A stretch of DNA of 63,748 nucleotides, filler included, from Folioceros fuciformis (taxonomy: Eukaryota), in the NCBI GenBank assembly GCA_049999805.1. It is 6 parts of 5 records of this genome, joined end to end, with 100 filler letters (N's around TTAATTAATTAA, not from the genome) between each part and the next. Parts side by side here need not be neighbours in the genome. Positions count along the whole stretch, not along the records: positions 57,420 to 61,797 come from JBNGIO010005652.1; positions 61,898 to 63,748 come from JBNGIO010005659.1; 4 more parts are not named here. One strand, given 5' to 3'. The translations under genes and the position numbers were made by a program. Below are positions 60,601-63,748 of this stretch, piece after piece; position 1 is the first letter of the stretch; the number at the start of each line of letters is the position of its first letter. The notes beneath the pieces were generated by a model, which saw only the letters and a list, made by a program, of their open reading frames with translations, did no database searches and was not told where the DNA came from.

Positions 60601-61797
60601 CGTTGATTTATCTCACTTGTCTGACGAGGCCGGACATAGCGTATGCAGTGCACCTGGTTTCGCAATTCTTGGCGAATTATGGGCGTGACCACTGGACTCA
60701 GGTAAAACGAATTTTCAGGTACCTGAAGCAGACTATGGCATACAACATAGTGTACCGAGCCTCCAGCAAGCCAGTGCTGAGTCTTGAGGGGTTCTGCGAC
60801 AGTGATTGGGCCGCAGACCCCGATACCAGAAAGTCTATTGCTGCATATATTTTCACAATTGCAAGTGGACCCCTCTCGTGGTCGTGCAAGAAGAACAGTT
60901 CAATATGCCTCTCCAGCACGGAGGCAAAATACAAATCACTAATTGTTGCAGCAAAGGAAGCTATCTGGGATAGGAGGTGCCTGGAAGATGCAGGACACCG
61001 CCAAGAAACACCTACTGTGCTGAACTGTGACAACCAGGGGGCCATAGCACTAGCCAACAACCCAATTTTCCATGCCCGTACAAAGCATATTGAGGTGTAC
61101 CATCACTTCATCAGGGAAGTTGTGGCCAACGGAGAAGTAACTCTAGCGTACATCAATACCTCTGAAAATCTTGCAGATATCTTGACGAAGGCATTGCCAA
61201 GCAAGGTACACTTGAGACACTGTGAAAGACTTGGGCTGTTACCTGGAGATAGCAACAAGAACAAGACTTGAGTCAGAAAGACTGGACAGACCTGGACTTA
61301 GAGTGCTAGCATGCATGTTAGGTCAGCAAGATCAGAACATGCCTGTCTGCTGGGTGAAGCACGCCTTATGTCGGCAATTCGCAGTCAGGCACTGTCCGTG
61401 CATACACACACAAGCTTAAGCACAAACTCTCATGCACCTGCTAACAGTAACCAGAGCTGCATCTTAAGCACGGGTTGAGTGGGGGTGTAGGAGGGTTTTA
61501 GGTTAAGTAGTTTGATTATATATACAACCCGCGCTTTAGGGTTAGATAAAGTTAGGTTTAATAGTCGTTATTTGACAAGTCGTTATAACGGTCGCCGCGT
61601 GAACCGTGGAGTCACCTTCGAGTGACTATGTAAGGCACACTTGTGCCACATTCTTCAGTTCTAATTTCCTATCCACTATGTGCATTTTCTAGTCTGCTTC
61701 TTGATATCAGAGCTGACGCCAAGGCGTTGAAGTGATCCACCCGCCTTCTGTCAAGAAGATCCAATTTTCTGGACAGAATGCAAATGGATTGCTTCAA
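57629..61797 (+). mobile_element. Ty1/Copia element E (PR-IN-RT-RH and 3' LTR), lightly decayed
   Basis: Protease WYVDLGATAH, integrase (FIDDYSR, RTDNG), RT YVDD and RNase H in 59736-61271. PPT TTGAGTGGGGG 61475-61485, LTR from 61486. The 3' internal region is only ~210 bp. Confidence 0.93.
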
Positions 61798-61897
61798 NNN
61801 NNNNNNNNNNNNNNNNNNNNNNNNNNNNNNNNNNNNNNNNNTTAATTAATTAANNNNNNNNNNNNNNNNNNNNNNNNNNNNNNNNNNNNNNNNNNNN
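61798..61897. other. Artificial contig linker
   Basis: N44-TTAATTAATTAA-N44. Confidence 0.98.
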
Positions 61898-63263
61898 GTA
61901 TGGAAGTCTTGAACTGCTTGTAGGCAGGTGTTAACCCGTGCAAGCAAACTTCGACCTTGTCATCATCTTCCACACTGACACCAATGGACGCAAGGGATTC
62001 CACTATCCCTTTGATCTTTAACGCGTACTCATTGATTGATAAGTTCTTCTTCATAACTGTGTTGAAGTCATTCTTCAACTGCAGTTTTCTCGCCTTCGTG
62101 TTAGTCTCATAGAGTTTTGCCAACTCATCCCATGCTTCTTTGGGCGACTCTGCATCCTGTATGTGCCCAACCATGGTGTCATGAATGCTGATTGACAGCC
62201 AATACATGACCTTCCGAGATCCTTGACTCCAATCCTTCAGCGCCTTAATCTGCTCCGCTGTTGCATTCCGTTCAAGTACCACAGGGGGTTTTTCATGCTC
62301 CCCCTCAATGTAGTCCCAATAACCCTTTCCCATAAGAAAGTTTGTAAAACGAAACTTCCAGGCATGGAAGTTGTTTTTGTCCAGCTTCTCCTGTACGATC
62401 TGGTTAATACTATCACTGGCCATTCTTGCCACCACTCAAGGTTGACACTCAATCCTTTCTTGAGTACTCATACCTGATAAATGTTTGAAAGAACCAAACT
62501 GCTTCTGACTGGAGTTTTACTCACAAGACCTTAAGTCTCTTCTTCCTAAGAGCAATCTGGTGCGGAATCACGCTGCCTTGCGTGAACCAGATTGTCTCAT
62601 GCTCCGTGTCCTTACAGACTCTTGACTGTCTGCCCACAAAGCTCCCGTGAGATTTCCTGTCAATTCCTTCCCTGCTGCCAAGCTAGGGTTAGCACACTTT
62701 CTTGCAGCTGCTGAGGCTATTGCAGCTGTTGCCTCCACTTGTCAGCCCTTCCACAGAGCTCTGGGGATCAACAGCTAGTCCAGTAAGCTGACAGGGCCTT
62801 GTTGCCCTTCTCCTCACTTCCTGCACACACCGATATGAGAGTTAGCTGCCGGGACGCTTGCTGCCGATATGAGAGTTAGCTGCCGGGACGCTTGCTGCCG
62901 ATCTCCCTCCAAGCTGCTCCAACTTCTCGTAGCTGCTCTAGCTTCTGGTGTGCACTCTTGCAGCACCTCCTACGCCGATCTTGCACCGCCTGCACCGGGC
63001 TCTAATACCATGTCAATACGATCGACTCCAATCTACGTGCAAGTGTAGGATAGGAGAGGAGAGAAGAGAGGGTGGTATTGGTGATCACAACCATGAAAAC
63101 AATACACATCACCATTGTCTTACTATGGAGGTCCGAGGTCTCCATTTAAGTAGTACATTTAGGGCTACACAACTTCCAGGTTCAATATGGGATAATCTAC
63201 ACTATCCTAAGTTCACTAATAACTAGAACTAGTCTAGTATGAACCCAACTGGGATAACTAACA
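61898..63263 (-). mobile_element. Ty1/Copia element F, 5' part (LTR, PBS, gag)
   Basis: LTR 63011-63263, PBS TGGTATTAGAGC on the minus strand (63010-62999), gag MASDSINQIVQEKLDKNNFHAWKF. The leader has a 34-bp duplication at 62830-62900. Confidence 0.9.
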
Positions 63264-63452
63264 CCACATGAGTTTAGCTCATATAGAGCTCGATAACTCA
63301 ACAGCATACTCACGACCTGATGCAGCTAAGTGGAAGTTTGCTGTTGTTGATGAATATAATTCACTTATTAAAAACAACACATGGAATCTGGTCAATCTGC
63401 CCAAGGGCAGGACAACTGTTAAATGCAAGTGGGTTCTCAAAACTAAGTTCCA
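63264..63452 (+). pseudogene. Copia RT N-terminal fragment next to the LTR of F
   Basis: WKFAVVDEYNSLIKNNTWNLVNLPKGRTTVKCKWVLKTK. Confidence 0.85.
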
Positions 63453-63748
63453 GGAGGTTGAGCCTTGTATCCACCTGTGAACCTCCAAAGTTTGGGGTAG
63501 TAGTTTGTTTTGGTTGAAAAAGGTTTAATAGTGGTATGGTTTGGTTTTCTTTTTCTACTTATTTTCCCAAATTTTCCTTGATTTTCTGGTTATTTTTCCT
63601 ATTTTTCTTTGTGCTAATTAGGTTAATTGACTAGGAAATAGTTGGTTTGGTTATAAGAGTGGGCATAGGTTTGGTCCCAAACCTGGGAAGGTTTAGGTTC
63701 GGTACCAGGCCATAGGGTTGGGTGATTAGTTTAATATTAATTAAAGAT

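Overview
Repeat-rich nuclear DNA from a land plant, most likely a seed-free one (hornwort, fern or lycophyte). This is inferred from the short introns (mostly 70-225 bp) and a PLS-class PPR gene ending in a DYW:WW-type 'PGQSWWTD' box. The window is six contigs joined by artificial 100-nt N44-TTAATTAATTAA-N44 linkers, so no adjacency across a linker is real. Most of it is decayed, nested LTR retrotransposons: at least seven Ty1/Copia copies (one complete, with 185-bp LTRs and a GTTGG target-site duplication) and a tandem pair of Ty3/Gypsy-like elements, one ending in a PHD finger. Host genes are a mitochondrial carrier that appears fused to a degenerate DnaJ first exon, a TMEM186-like gene, an intronless PLS-PPR editing factor with a decayed DYW tail, an intronless plastid SLH-domain gene with a nearby inverted partial copy, and two orphan ORFs. 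The most interesting signal is that three different Copia elements each carry an antisense ORF between pol and the 3' LTR. In two of them the ORF has a phase-1 intron at an equivalent motif and shares short peptide motifs, suggesting a family of spliced antisense accessory genes in Copia. Novelty cannot be established without database searches.
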